Below, one piece after another: positions 26,300-40,422 of a DNA stretch of 64,000 nucleotides. The notes under the pieces are model-generated. The model ran no database searches and was not told where the DNA came from. It worked only from the letters and a program-made list of their open reading frames with translations. The position numbers were made by a program, and so were the translations under genes. The stretch's first letter is position 1. Every line of letters starts with the position of its first letter. Origin of the DNA: Eledone cirrhosa (taxonomy: Eukaryota); the NCBI GenBank assembly GCA_964016885.1, contig OZ024743.1:109430001-109494000 (forward strand). Reading direction: 5' to 3'.

Positions 26300-28615
26300 A
26301 ATAATGAATATGTGAGTGGATCACAACCATGTTGGGGCTACAGCCCGTGGACAATGGCCGGTGACAACCGCTGCAACAGCCACCCTACGTCGCATGGCTC
26401 CTTCTTCAGGCTGGCTGCTGAAGCTCCGAGGGGCTCAGCATTACGGGTTTCGGGTACGCCTGATGTCTCGACGGCGCCCGGTGCGAAGAGGAAGCGACCC
26501 AACAATGCCTAGTTATTGATTTTCTATCTTCCATTATAATTGCGGACCGAAATACCGGGGTATATGACCGAAGCGCGAAATTTGATGGCGTCGCAGATGA
26601 GGGATCTATCTCCTTCGAATGGGAAGAGGGTAATTCCGTTGGGGCGCTTGCCGTCTCAGTGGTCGATGGCTGCTGAGTCGTGATGGGAAACGATCTCCTT
26701 GTAAATATATTGTTGCCAGTGCAATGTGAGGTAACCGACCTGCGCTCAGGTGGAAAGACAATGGGTGCAGGCTAAATATGTCAATAAGCGCCCCAGAACT
26801 GCATTTGTGTGGCTCACACACGCACAGGCCAAGGTGCTAGGCCACTTCGTTCTGAATGCACTCGTCATCTTGAAGAGGAGGGCATCAAATTGACTCACGC
26901 ACCACGTTTTGGGTCTGAAGCGGAGCGGAGGCAGACAAGGTGGCGTTGGTCGAAGCCAGATTCGATTCGTCTGAAGGAAGAGCTGCATTTGATGTCGTCC
27001 GTCTTACGTTTTTTTATTTTTATACTGGAGGATAGAAACGCCTCCTCCAGTCCAGTATACCAGAGACTTCTCAAGCTCTGTGACCCCGTCAGTTTCCGCC
27101 GTCAAGCTGATGAACAAGCTGACCAGATGACTGAGGGAAGTTAGGCCGTTACAGCCACATCCGAAGTGGATCGGAGATCGCCACCAAACCTTGCTGGAAG
27201 ATTCGCCTTTTCCAGTCGGCTCTGTTGAAACTGTCATAACAGATGAATTCTACACAGTCTCCAATTGTGGCGTCGAGGGGACCAAAATGATCTGTGTTAG
27301 TGTGACAAGGTGAACCACACTCCGTGAACAAATATTTAGGGAGGGCGAAGCAGTTCCTCAAGAAGACGAGGGCTGTGTGAGCGTCAATGAGACAGGGCCT
27401 ATCTGCCATTCTAGGGAAGTGTGCATGCTTCATCTCCAGGCACTCTCCTATGGCTTTCGAAAATTGAAGAGCAGTTAAATACAGGTGGCGCCTTTGGGTG
27501 TCAGCCGGGCCTCGAACATGACGGGATGGGTGCTGAGTATGGTGTCTTGGAATTTGGCCTTCCGTAGCTAACCTTTATCACCCCAGACTTGCATGGGTTG
27601 GTCTCGAGTTCGAAGGCCTTTACATCTGGGATTAATAACAGTAAGTCCTCACATAGCAAATCAGCTGAGCCACCTAGGGGCGCGCCGTCCTGTGACCAAA
27701 TATTGAGAGGTGACTAGACCGAGCGGGCAAAGTCGTCGATTGGCCGCGCAAAGTGGAGAGCGCCGTGTGGGCCTTCTTGATGGAGACACGTAGCGGTCAT
27801 GTATAAGAGGATTCTTCCGTACGAAAAGTGACCTAGAACAAAAATGGAGGGGGCTCGTCTGAGACATATTTCTAGGACCTAATCTCGTGTAACACTGTTG
27901 AAGGCGTTTTTCGTGTCCAACTTCACCAGAAGTTGGGTTGACGAATTAGGTGCGTTCTCTATGAAATGTCAGGCCGTAAGAGCTGCCTCTTAGCTGCAAT
28001 TGATTCTCCCTCTGAGGTTGACAGGGCTAGCACTTCGCTGTGACCCTGTTTGACCGACTTGCAAGTTATCCTGGTTGCAAGTCGTCGGAAGACGTTGTAC
28101 ACCACGATGGTATGGACGCTTAGGTCATTCATCCTTAAAGCGGTCAGACAATATGGCGGACATGGTACGGCAAATTGGTGCGGAGGATCTAGAGGGTTGT
28201 TAGCTACTTCAGCAATCTGGATGCTGCCTCTGCAGCATGAAACATGATGTGGTGCTTGATGTGGCAGGGGAGAAGGCCATCCTCTTCCTGCTGCTTCGTG
28301 GGAGGGATCTCAGGTCAGGTGAATAGACATTGTTGGCAGTGCCACCAGGACAGGGATTCCGACGCGCGCTGAGTGAGTTTGATGCAAAAGAGGAGGCAGA
28401 CGCTGTTACACTTAGGTAAGTTCCTTCCTTTCTTGCGCATGTTGCCCATGGCAGGTCATTGGCACAGATCGGTCCCCCGTGGGGTGGAAGGCTGAGGAGA
28501 AGCGACATTTGTTATATGGAGAGTTGATAGTTAGAACCTCGAAAGGAATGATTTTCGGTATTCCTTCCGATTCTCTGAGCTCTATGAACTGAAATCGCGC
28601 CAACTTACCATTCCT
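26300..28615 (-). mobile_element. CRE-clade-like RLE non-LTR retrotransposon, heavily degenerate
   Basis: LLVKLDTKNAFNSVTR (RT); FLRNCFALPK; H.LS.H.SAGR (zinc knuckle remnant); FLFAPGAVETSG; WLLQRLS.AIV.G; GC-rich. Confidence 0.7.
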
Positions 28616-30013
28616 CGTTTCGAGATCATGGACTTAGTACTAGATTTTGTTCTTCCTCTACATCTTATTCTCACTTTCTCCCAGTCTCTCCATCCTCTCT
28701 CTCTCTCTCTCTCTCACTTTATCTCTCTCTCTGGGGAAATCAGCTATATTCAGACATGGAGAGAGTATGGGCTACATGAGGGATAACATTCCTATGACAG
28801 GGTGTGTGAAACTACGGCGCCCCTATTTATTGAAATATCAGTTTTATGTTTTAATAGAACGTCAACATTTGCACTACGAAGTCCGCTTCGTATAATGTTC
28901 GAAATACCATCCAATCACATTTTTTCCGAAGAAGTGTACATCTAATATATTTTGTTTAGCAGTAACAATCGCAATCTTCACATAAACTCTACATAAATAT
29001 ATGGCGTAGATTCCTACAACTTATAAGATGTCATCTGAATACAACCTCTTTATAACAAAGCAAATCAAAGGCCAAGCATTACTGCAACGGTCGATAATAT
29101 TTAATCTCCTGTTGAACTTTTAGTTTCTTAATGATGAAAAGGTCACATCTCTTGACTATATCAATAAATATCTTTAGATTTTTTTTCCATTTATTCAGGA
29201 CTGAAATCAATATTCCAAATGCCTCGTAGTTATACGAGCTAGGCTGTTATTTTTTATCAACTTATTTTTTCATCCAATATTCATTCAAATATTACCTCCA
29301 TCCAGTTTCCCTGGTAAACAATTTACTTTTTGAGAAAGGATAAGATGCTGCCTATCCACGTATCACATATATACATTAGCTGGATACTTATAGCAGTTAA
29401 AATAATTATTCAAACATTATCTCGATGATTCTGTTTTCAAGGAAATTAACACCCAAGCCCATTGCAAATCATTTGTTGTTCCTAAAATTGTATCGAGTTA
29501 TATTTTGAATTCATGGTTATAAAATATTAATTCAAATACGGAATCTACCAAGAAATGATAATTTAATTATATTTTCAATAATCTCATAAAAGATATGAAA
29601 CAAAAATCCCTACAAAAAAAAAAAAAAATACTAGCATTTGTATTTAATATATGTTTAGCTGTACACATGTCACAGTAACGTGTGCATCTACCGGGATTAT
29701 ATGGACTGCTAATTTGTCTGAAATGTTAGACTTCGGACTGATTATTGTATAAAATTTAAGTTTCTTCTGCTTCTTCAGATCGTATACTACATACTACATA
29801 CTAGCAATGTGAGAAATTATGAAAGAGAGTGCAAACTGACGAACAGTTTTCATATAAACGCTAAAACTATCTATCCTGTACAACATAGTTGATGACGTAA
29901 TGTATGTTATATATATACTGGAATCAAATTCTATTATATTACAGTACTTGTAGAAATTGACCTTCTTCGTTATCGCCTGGTCAGCTAGGAATTTGATATA
30001 TTTATATGCGGAG

Positions 30014-30031
30014 TTGTTGTTTTTATTGTGG

Positions 30032-30127
<96 letters not shown>

Positions 30128-30145
30128 TTCTTCTCCTCCTCCTTC
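30014..30145. repeat. (GTT)n-(CTT)n compound trinucleotide microsatellite
   Basis: Direct. Confidence 0.95.
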
Positions 30146-30937
30146 TTATAGTTGTTACCCAAACTTCATGCTCGGAGGCTGGGGTCACCAGAGCAATTAG
30201 AGAGCTCGCACGTGGCTAAGTGTCGGGAGAGGATGAGATTCTGGCCTAGATGTAAAAAGCCGTAAATACAGAAGGTAGTCTTTAGCTGATTTATATGAGC
30301 TAGGTGGTATAGATCTCTGGGAAGGCACCTAAGCAATGAAAATCGAGAAAAATAATCTGAATTTTCAAAGAAAGCTGTATTTGTGTTGTCATTTAAATAA
30401 TATCCGTATAAATCTTACTTCTCATTCTCGTCAAAATATAGGAATATCTTGTCAGGCAAGCAACGTGCTTTCTTTTGAGATTTTGAGTCCACCAGCTGGA
30501 GAAGATGATGTCTTACACATATTGATTCAGTTCAAAATAAATTGCAAAAGTTATTGAGAATCTATAGACATTTCAATAAGTTGCTTATCACATTTTGAAT
30601 CCAAAATAAGCATTTAATTATTAATAATAAATTCTGCATGCTTTATATTTAACTGTCATCAAAGAAAGCTTGCCAGAATCTTAACAACTCATTTACAAGT
30701 TTTCATTCAAGCGACGATATTACAGGATTTTGTAACTTTGTGCATCGGTCTAAGACATAACTAATTGTTTTTCAGTGAATCAGATTCCGTTGCATTTGGA
30801 GAAAAATAGTTTTAAAAAATAGTCAGAGGCTATTTGCTAAAACGTTCGCTCGTAGATTTAGGTCTCTAGCTGCTTATATCTTCCAGGAAATGGTAGTGCA
30901 CACCCACTCATCACACTCACACACTCAAACACACACA

Positions 30938-30983
<46 letters not shown>

Positions 30984-31032
30984 GAAACACACACACAGAG
31001 ACGCGCACATATATATATATAAATAAGTATAT

Positions 31033-31251
31033 ATACATATAAATGAATATATCCACATATATCTTTGAATTAGTGGTGCCAACCTCAACCGTTGCTGCTC
31101 TATGAATAACTGGTAAAAAATAATATTAATTATATCTGTTTATTCTCTCTTCACAATGTATTATTTCGTCCCAGTTATACATAGAGCAACATCGGTTGAG
31201 GTTGGCACCACTAATTCAAAGATATATGTGGATATATTCATTTATATGTAT
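31033..31251. repeat. Fold-back: ~80-bp inverted arms (31033-31113 / 31171-31251)
   Basis: atacatataaatgaatatatccacat...gaataactgg vs ccagttatac...atgtggatatattcatttatatgtat. Confidence 0.9.
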
Positions 31252-31299
31252 GTGTCCGTATGTATCTGTGTGTTTCTATATATTTGGTAGAGTAACCTT

Positions 31300-34200
31300 T
31301 GAAGTGTAGTGACTGTTGGAAAGCTATCATTACTCATACTTCTCTTCTAAACATTGTATACAACAACAATTTAGTAAAAACACAAGGGCCTAACTTCACC
31401 CAGGCAGGGGATTTCCCCCACCTCAAAATGATTAAGGCCCCAGAGGACACACATAAAACACTAAAAAACAACTATAAAGAGCCCCCCCCCCCTTGCGTCG
31501 GGCCCATTAACCGCGTCCTCCTAAAATATTTCCCCACCCCCTCTCCAAACACCCACACAACTCCAAACACCCCAACCACTCAACACACTGATGCCCCTAC
31601 ACTTCCACAAACCACCACCCCACCCAACAATCCACCCCCCACCATCATGGAAATTGTGCAGCCCGATACCCAGGACGCAGAGAGGTAAGTGCCTTTTCTC
31701 TTCACCGCCAACATGGCTATGCTAATAGTAGGCTGTCTAAATGCGCGTGGACTGGGCTCAACTTGGAAGCAAGCAATGCTTCTAAATGACCGCAGGTCAC
31801 ACCGTATAGATGTGATGGTTATTTGCGAGGCCCGGATCAGCAACCTGCGACAGCTGGCTCCCATCTTTGATGACTTTGAGATGCAAGCATCTCTCCGTCA
31901 GCCCGGCGGTGGGGGTGGGGTTGTCGTTCTGCTGCAAAAACATATGGGTCTCGCAACACAGATGGTACATTTGGAGCCGGAGGGTCGACTAGTGTTTCTG
32001 GACCTTGGCAGTGGTGAAGGCGGAACGTTTAGGCTGGTAGCCGACTATGGCCCATTCGGTTCAAAGCGGCCGGTCTTCTTCCATCGTCTGGAGACTTTTC
32101 TAGGGACGTCCCGCTCCTTGCTATTAGTGGGGGACTGGAATGGTATCCTAGATGCACGTTGGGACTACGTAGTGGCCTGTCCCGATAGAGAGGGGTGTAA
32201 CAGCCTCAAAGGGTTAATCAGTCGATTTGATCTGGCTGATAGATATCGACTAGATATTTCTGATTGCGCCAACCTGGACATGGACAAACCGCAGCGGATC
32301 ATCTAGGTCGTACCTAGATAGGTTCTTAGTTAGAAATAAGGATAAGGACTTTTTAAGTTGTCCAAAAATGCTCATGGTTGGCTATTTAGACCACAAGTTA
32401 GTGACCTGCATGGTTAACCTTGACAGAACGCATAGACAGGGACCCGGTAACTGGAAGCACAACTTGTCCTTCCCGGCAAGTAAGTCTTACAGGGACCGGA
32501 TTAGCACTTTAGTTAAGGAGCGGTTGACGGGCACCATCGTCAACATCTGGTGGTAGGGATCTCTCAAAAGATAGATTAGAGTATTCTCTATAGAATATAG
32601 TAAGGAGTTAGCCTCAAATAGAAATAGGAAGGAAAGGGAGTTGGTAGATAGTGTAGAAGAGGCAATTAGAAGCGGCGACGTGGCCAGAGTGCTAGCGTCG
32701 AGAACTGCCCTAGGCCAGTTCTTCGACGCGAAACACGAAAGCTGCATCGTCCGAAGCAAAATACGTGCTCTGGGAAACGAGGGGACCAAAACTGTTAGCT
32801 GGGCCCGCGTGACAGAAGCCAAAAGAGGGAGTAGATCCACTATCCGGTCTTTGCGAGACAAGGATGAACGGGTGATCCTTGAACCTAAGCAGATGTGCGA
32901 GGCTTTTCAAAAGCACTTTGTCAGATTGTTCGGAAGGGGCGGGGCACCGATTGGGGAAGTGGTCTTCGGTCCATACCTCGACGGCCTGCCGCGTCTCGTA
33001 GACAGGGAGGCGGAGTCCTGCGAGGAGCCGATTTCAGCCGCTGAGATAGAGGACGTGCTGAGCCAATACGGGAAAAGCAAATCCCCGGGTCTCGATGGTC
33101 TTCCATACGAACTATATCTAGCTATGCCGGACTTGTTCCCCGATCTCCTCGAGGTGGTCTACTGCAACTGGCAACATAACGGGAGAATTCCCTGTTCAGT
33201 GACAAAGGGCGTAGTCACGTTAGTGAAGAAGGAGGAGAACAAGGGGGACGATATAAATAATTTCAGGTCCATAACCCTTCTAAATGCAGAGTTACAGATT
33301 TTGGCCAAGGTGCTAGCAAAGAGGTTGACACTTGTCGTGGGCAACCAGGTGGGAGATGCACAGACATGTGCTATCCCGTCCAGGTCCATCCACGACAACC
33401 TCCACCTCATGTGATACATCATAGAGAGGGTTGGGAAGGAACATGGCTTTGGTGGGGCCCTGATCAACTTGCATCAATCTAAGGCGTTTGATAGGGTCGA
33501 CCATGGTTACTTGGATGCGGTGCTAGCGGCGGCAGGCTTCGGACCCGTTTTCAGGGGTTGGATCCATGCCATGCACAGCAGCCGCATCTGCTCTAGGGTC
33601 AAGCTGAACGGCTACCTGTTGGAGCCGTTCGAAATCGAACGGTCCATCCGACAGGGTTGTCCTCTCTCCTCCCTTCTGTATGTAATGACTCTAGAGCCAC
33701 TGCTGCGGAAGTTGAAGTTGTTGCAGGGCATCCCATTGGAACTGGTATTGCGGAAAGCGGTGTCAGCCTACGCCGATGACGTAACAGTAATGGTGTCGAT
33801 GGCCTCGGAAATCAGGGCGATCGGCACCTTACTGGAGGAGTACGAAAGGTTTACAGGGGCTAAGCTGAACCGGGACAAGTCGATCGGTCTGCAACTCGGC
33901 ACGTGGAGGGGCAAATCGATAGCCTCCGATGGCGTCGTCGGGCGGTGGACGGAGGGCCCGGTGAAGTTGCTCGGAGTCTGGTTCGGACCAGACCTCCACC
34001 TGGAGAAGAACTGGGGTGAGGTAACGAACAGGGTATTTGCACTGACCCAGAAGTGGGCCGAGTGCAAACTGTCGCTGAATGGTCGGGCGGAGGTGGCGAA
34101 CACTTACATAGCGTCCGTCATCTTCTACCGCCTGACCGTCGTGCCTTGCCCAAGGGAAACGCTCGCCAAAATCGAGCGCGCACTCTTCCAATTCCTTTGA

Positions 34201-34611
34201 AAGAAGCGGACTCCTATAGTGAGGAGATCCATCTGCTGTCAACACCCTTCGAAAGAAGCGCTGGGGATGCCGTGGCTGATGATGCGTAAACACGCATTAA
34301 GTCTACAGTACCACCAGGTATTCCTCACCGGTCAACCGGTGGGGGCCACGTTTGTGAGGCGAGCCTTTCCCGAACTCGTCTCGCTCACCGTGCTGCAATC
34401 CTGGGTCAAGCAAAGACCGAGAAAACTGGGCGCCTCTCACACCGTGTGTGCCTAGGCGCTCACGGCTCTCTGGCAGGCGGACCCGGCTGTCATTGGAGAA
34501 TCCACCTCGTCATTCTATAGAGGGCTGGTGGTTAGCAGGTACGACGACGCGTTCGGAGAAACCTTAGGCATAGAGGAAAACGAACTGGCCAACCTGTTCG
34601 GTAGGACATTC
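31300..34611 (+). mobile_element. L1/Tx1-clade LINE (ORF1 C-terminus; ORF2 APE endonuclease + RT), truncated at both ends, with stops and frameshifts
   Basis: GCLNARGL..E..GDWN..SYLDRFL..DH (APE); KSPGLDG..NFRSITLLN..KAFDRVDH..RQGCPLS..AYADD (RT). Confidence 0.92.
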
Positions 34612-37600
34612 GTGAGCGCATTCAATGTGCCAGGCGCTCATCGTTTTCAGTCTTTTCTTGACCCATGACTGCCGCTCCGTCAGCGAGACGAGCTGTGGGA
34701 AAGCCTCTCTCACAAACGGTGCCCACACCGTTTGGGGTTCGGTGAGGAATATCTGGGGCTGCCGCGGCCTCAGCGCCTGTTTGCGCATTATCAGCCACGG
34801 CATACCCAACCCTCCGTTGGAAGGGTGCTGACAGCAGACGGATCTCCTCACTAGCGGAGCCTGCTTCTTCCACAGAAACTGGAAGAGCATGCGTTCCATT
34901 TTGGCGAGGGGTTCACGGGAACAAGGCACGATAGTCAAGCGGTAGTAGATGACGGACGTTATGAAAGTGTTCGCCACCTCCGCTCGACCTTTCAAGGACA
35001 GTTTGCACTCTGCCCACTTCTGGGTGAGTGTAAACACCTTGGCTGTGACCTTGTTCCAGTTTTTCTCCACCTGGAGGTCTGGACCGAACCAGACCACGAG
35101 CAATTTCACTGGTGCGTCCGTCCAGCGTCCAACGACGCTGTCGAACGTCATCAGTTTGTCTCTCCACGTACCGAGTTGTAAACCGACAGACTTGTCCGGG
35201 TTTAGTTTTGCTCAGCGTTTCGTATTATTTGAGTAAGTTGCCGATCACCCCGATTTACGAGGTGCTCGACACCATTACCGTCACGTCGTCAGCATAAGCC
35301 GACGCCGGTTTGCGCAGTCCCCGTTCTAGAGGGATGCCCTGTAACAGCTCCAATTTCCGCAGTAGTGGCTCTAGAGTCAATACATACAGAATGGAGGAGA
35401 GAGGGCACCCCTGTCGAATCGAACGCGTGATTGCGAACGACTCCGATAAGTAGCCGCTTACATTGAACCTCGAGCAGATGCTGGTGTGCATCACCTCGAT
35501 CCAGCCTCTGAAAGCGGGACCGAAACCGGCCAACATGAGAAGCGCTTCCAACTATCGATGTTCGACCCTATTGAATGCCTTAGACTAATCTAAATTGATC
35601 AGAGCCCCACCGAAGCCGGGTTTACTACAACCCCTCTCTATGATGTATCGCATGAGGTGGAGGTTGTCGTGTATGGATCTGGTCGGGATTGCACACGTTT
35701 GCGCTTTCCCTACCAGGTTCTCGGCGACAAGCGCCAACCTCGTCGCTAGCACCTTCGCCAACATCTTTAATTCTGTATTGAGCACATTTATGGGCCTGAA
35801 GTTGTTAATTTCGTCCCCCTTGTTCTCATTTTTCATGATCAGCGTTACTACGCCCTTGCCTGCAGACGGCTTCGAGGACGCCAGACAACAAGTTCTGCAT
35901 GCTTATGTAAAACTCATAGGGTAGATCATCTATTCCGGGAGACTTGCGTTTCCCGCAGCGGCCCAGAGCGTCCCGTATCTCAGTGTCCGAGATCGGTCTT
36001 TCGCAGAACTCGGCGTGCTGTTCGAGAGACGCGGCAAACCGTCGAGGTATGAACTAAAGTCCATTGCCCCGTTTGGCTCACCGTCGTTCTGCTCAAACAT
36101 TCGCGCAAAGTGCTACTGAAACGCCACGCACATTGTTTGGGGTCGAGTAACACGCGTCCGTTTTGGTCTTTCAAAGACAGAATCATGGACTTCTTGCCAC
36201 TTTTCGCCTCCGCCACTCGGGCCCAGCTGACAGCTTTTGCTCCTTCGTTTGCTAGAGCACGTATTTTGCTTCTGACCGCGCAGCCTTCGTGTTTTTCATC
36301 GAAGAACTGGTTCAATGCCGTTCTCAATGCTAACACTCTAGCCGCGTTGCCACTTCTAGGTACCTCCTCTACCTTGGCTACTAGTTCTTTTTCTATTTTG
36401 TTTTTCTCTAAGGCTAACTCTCTGCTAAACCGTATCGATTCTATGCTAATTGCTTTCTTGAGAGAGTACCACCATTTGTTGACGATGGCTCCCGTTAACT
36501 GTTGCTTGACTAGTCTACTTATCCGTTCACTGTAAGCTTTACGTGCCGGCAACGACACGTTCAGCTTTCAGTATCCGGGTCCTTGTCTATATATTCTATC
36601 ACGGTTGACTAAGTAGACAACTAATTTGTGATCTGAATAGGCAACCATGTGCATTCGTGGACAGCTTAACATCTCCCTGTCCCTTTCTCTAATGAAGAAC
36701 CTATCTAAATACGATCTATATGTCCCGCTGCGGTTTGCCCACGTCCACTGTGGTGCAGTCGGGAAATCCAGTCGATACCTATCGGCCAGTTGGAATTGGC
36801 CGATTAAAGTTTTGAGGTTGTTGCACCCCCTCCATCTTCTGGGACACGCTCCATCATAGTCCCATCATGCATCTAGGATACCATTCCAGTCTCCCACTAA
36901 ACGTAAGGAGCGAGACGTTCCCAGAAAAGACTCTAGACGCTTAAAAGTGTCTGGCCGTGATTGCGATTGCCCGGTCGGAGCATAAATGGCCACCAGTCTG
37001 AAGGCTGCACCTCCAATACTGTTCACGTCTAGGAATACCAGTCTACCCTCCGGGTCCAAGTATACTTGTTGTACTTCGACGTCCAGGTTCTTCCGAAATA
37101 TGACAGCCACTCCCCTCCATCTCCTGGCTGACAGAGAGATGTGTAGATCTCAAAGTCGTCGAATATGGGAGTTAGTTGCTGCCTGTTGTTGATCCTGGAC
37201 TCGGTGATGGCTATCACATCCATACTGTGTGACCTAAGGTCGTTTAAAAGTTGGCCCTGTTTCCAGGGCATCCATAGGCCACGTACATTCACGCTTCCAT
37301 CTCGTAAACTAGCGATGTTGGTGAAGAAGAGTTGGAAAAAAAGGACGAAAGGCGCACTTACCTTTTCGTTTCCTGGAGATCGGGTTGTTCAATCTTCATT
37401 TGGGTGCTGGATGGGGTGTTGGGTGGGGTGGGGAAACATTTGAACAGGATGCGGTTGATGGGTTTCCGGCAGGGGTTGCCCACGTCCTGTGAATATTTAT
37501 TTTTCAGGTCATTATAGGTTTCCATAGAAACCCCTATAAGTTTAAGGTGTGGAGACGATTATGCCTTTACGAAAGTTTTGCCCTCAGTCTCCACCTTGGG

Positions 37601-38940
37601 GTTTTGGGAGATGACCTCCACCAAACTCGTTGTTTGTGTTGATGTATGCGTATTGTAGTTTTCTTTTGTTGTTGTGTTGTTTTAGTTTTTCTTTCCCTCC
37701 GGGAGTTTTCTTTTTACGGTGGGTGCTTGTGTTTGGGGTGGTGTTGGTGTTGGTTTTGCTGATAGGGGGATGTTTGACTGAGGTGTTGTTTGTGTTGTTG
37801 TTTGTGTCTGTGGTTGTGTGTTGGTGTTGCTGATTGGATTTTGGGGGGTTTTGTGGTGTCTCTTTTTTGTTTTTTTAGAATCCGCAGCTCTCCCTCATCT
37901 TCACTTAAAGAAGGAGAGGCAGCTTCATCCGTCGATGAATAATCATCGTCAGGAGTGTGGGGTAGTGGTATGTTGTGTGGTGGTGGTGGTGTTTCGGTGT
38001 GTGTGTTTGTGGTAGTGTTTGATGGAGTGGGATGGGGTGGGGCTGTGTTCTTCAGGGGTGTTTTCTATGTTTTGTCTGTTGTTGTTGGTTAAGTTGCTGT
38101 TTGTTTTGGTGTGGTTGCTCGTTTCTTCTGTCGTTATACTTGTGGTGGTGGTGGTTGTTTTGGTGTTGGTATTGGTAATAGTGTTTTTTTAATGATGTTG
38201 CTGTGGTGTGTTTGTGAAGGACAAGGGTCTTTTAGGTATGCTGTGCTAGCTGTGCTACCACAAAGAAAGCAATGACATTTTCAACCTTCCACCGAAATGT
38301 TTATTTTGTTGTTATCATCGATGACGACTCTTTCGGGTATTTTGGAGATTCTCTCCGGCCTCATTTGGAACAGAATCTCCAAATCAGTACCCGCCCACCC
38401 TTGTCGAATAGACTTTCGTATCGAAAGAATCATATCAGTTTCTGGCTCTACGAAGCCAGCTAAGATACACCAGATATTAATGTTTGGTGGTATATTTTTT
38501 ATTTTTATTTTTTGTGTCCTTTTTCCCATGTATGTAGGGAAAAAGGTGAATGCTTTTGACACTATTGGTGTCACAGAATGTTTTTGGGCGAGTGCCTCGC
38601 TTTTAGACAGTACGGACACACTTCCGTACTGTTTTCCTCGTTGGAGAAATTCGATATTTGCTAGAATTTCTTTGAAGATATTTTCTATATCTCCTTGGCT
38701 AAGAAATATCGGATTTCTCGTGGTATTGGACACAGTCCTAAAGCTCACTGATCTTCGAACTGTAACTTCTTTTATTTCAAGGGGTGAGTTAATTCTAAAG
38801 CCACCCTTTTCCTCGAAGGTTACATAGTTTCTCCCTTGCTGGAGCATATCTCTTGCATTGGAGATGTCAAGATTTATAAAATCATGTTTTTTGTTCACTG
38901 ATTCAGCGAAATACATTTTTTTGTGTGCTGCTGCTGCTGC

Positions 38941-39004
<64 letters not shown>

Positions 39005-39517
39005 ATCGTTGTTAGCCTCGGTGTTGGAAATTTTATGTGTAGATGTAGATGTGGAAACTTTATGTGTAGATGTAGATGTGGAGGTGTTGATGTCTTTTTC
39101 ATGTGCATGTATGTTAATAGGTTTAATTTCTGTGTTTTCATGTGAGCTAGTGTTTTCTCCGCTTCGACGGTAGAAATTGTACAATTTTCGAGTGGTAACA
39201 TTTTTTCCTCTTTGTTGACAGTCGTATCTATGACGACGTCCATAGTAGCAGAAGCAGATATAACGTTAAAATCTGCCTCTTTCTCTCTATTTTCTCTGTT
39301 TACGTTCTCCAGCGTTCCCTTCGTGTTATTCATGTTTTATAGTTGGCAAAATTTGATATTTTAAAACAATTTTTGAATTTTACCACCCAGCTGACAATTC
39401 AGCTTGGGGGGGGGGGGGGGTTAATCTACAAAATAATATGTTTTTTCAAACAATTTGTTCTGTTTTTCTTATATAAATTTACAAAAAATCTTACCGGCGA
39501 TGTTCCACGTGTCAGGC
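34612..39517 (-). mobile_element. Second L1/Tx1-clade LINE with 5' end, ORF1 (39333 to ~37358, frameshifted) and ORF2; 3'-truncated
   Basis: NVRGL..ITESR..GDWNGILDA; NFRPINVLN; RQGCPLS..AYADD; ORF1 FPTYMGKR..VEG followed by a CFLCG knuckle; 5' end abuts (AGAT)n. Confidence 0.92.
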
Positions 39518-39577
<60 letters not shown>

Positions 39578-39598
39578 GAATAGATAGATAGACAGATA
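39518..39598. repeat. (AGAT)n microsatellite
   Basis: Direct. Confidence 0.95.
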
Positions 39599-40320
39599 GA
39601 CATATATATACGCATATGTATTTATAAATACACATACATAAGTAGAGGAACATGAAGATAGATAAATACACTGGGTATATATTTAAATCACGTTGATTCG
39701 TAACATTAGTTTTATTTTGTTATTTCTTCAAAGCTTGTCTCGATGTTTCTGACTGTCCTATAGTATTTACATTTTCTTTAGCTTTCTTAGAACCAGGAAC
39801 ATACATACATATACACAAAGTAACATACACACAACTACACGAAATCACATACACACAGCTGTAGAAAATCCCAGCTACACAGATAAATAAATTCCCGCTT
39901 TCCTCCATCTATCCACACACCATTATTCCTTTATTCTTTCTTTCTCTCTTTTTCTCTCTCCATTTCTCTGTATTTACGTTTCTCCACACTTAGTTATTCA
40001 ATCATTATGTAGTAATTATTTGCTTTGATTTATCATTCAAACTAACACCTTGAAAGAGAAATGCATGCTGTCACAGATAAATGGATAATTTCTTTGGTAC
40101 ACACCAAAATGTTTATTGCTAAATCTATTTAGGCCTGCGTGAGTTTCCTGTTTCATCAACTTATATACATTGATTGATTCATTTACGTAAGCGTTCATGA
40201 ATCTTGTTATAATAAGTGACAAATAAAAATAAATATTTCTTTAAATATAGAATTTAATTTAACACCGAATCGTATAAGAGAAGAATAGAAATGGTTTGAG
40301 AGAATGAAGGTCCTCTCAGT

Positions 40321-40361
40321 ATTCCTACTTTCCAATCTTTGTCTGTATCTCTTTGAATATA

Positions 40362-40422
<61 letters not shown>

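Noticed and set aside
28797-28940. Tc1/mariner-like terminus (cagggtgtgtgaaact)
   Set aside because: No matching opposite TIR or transposase found.
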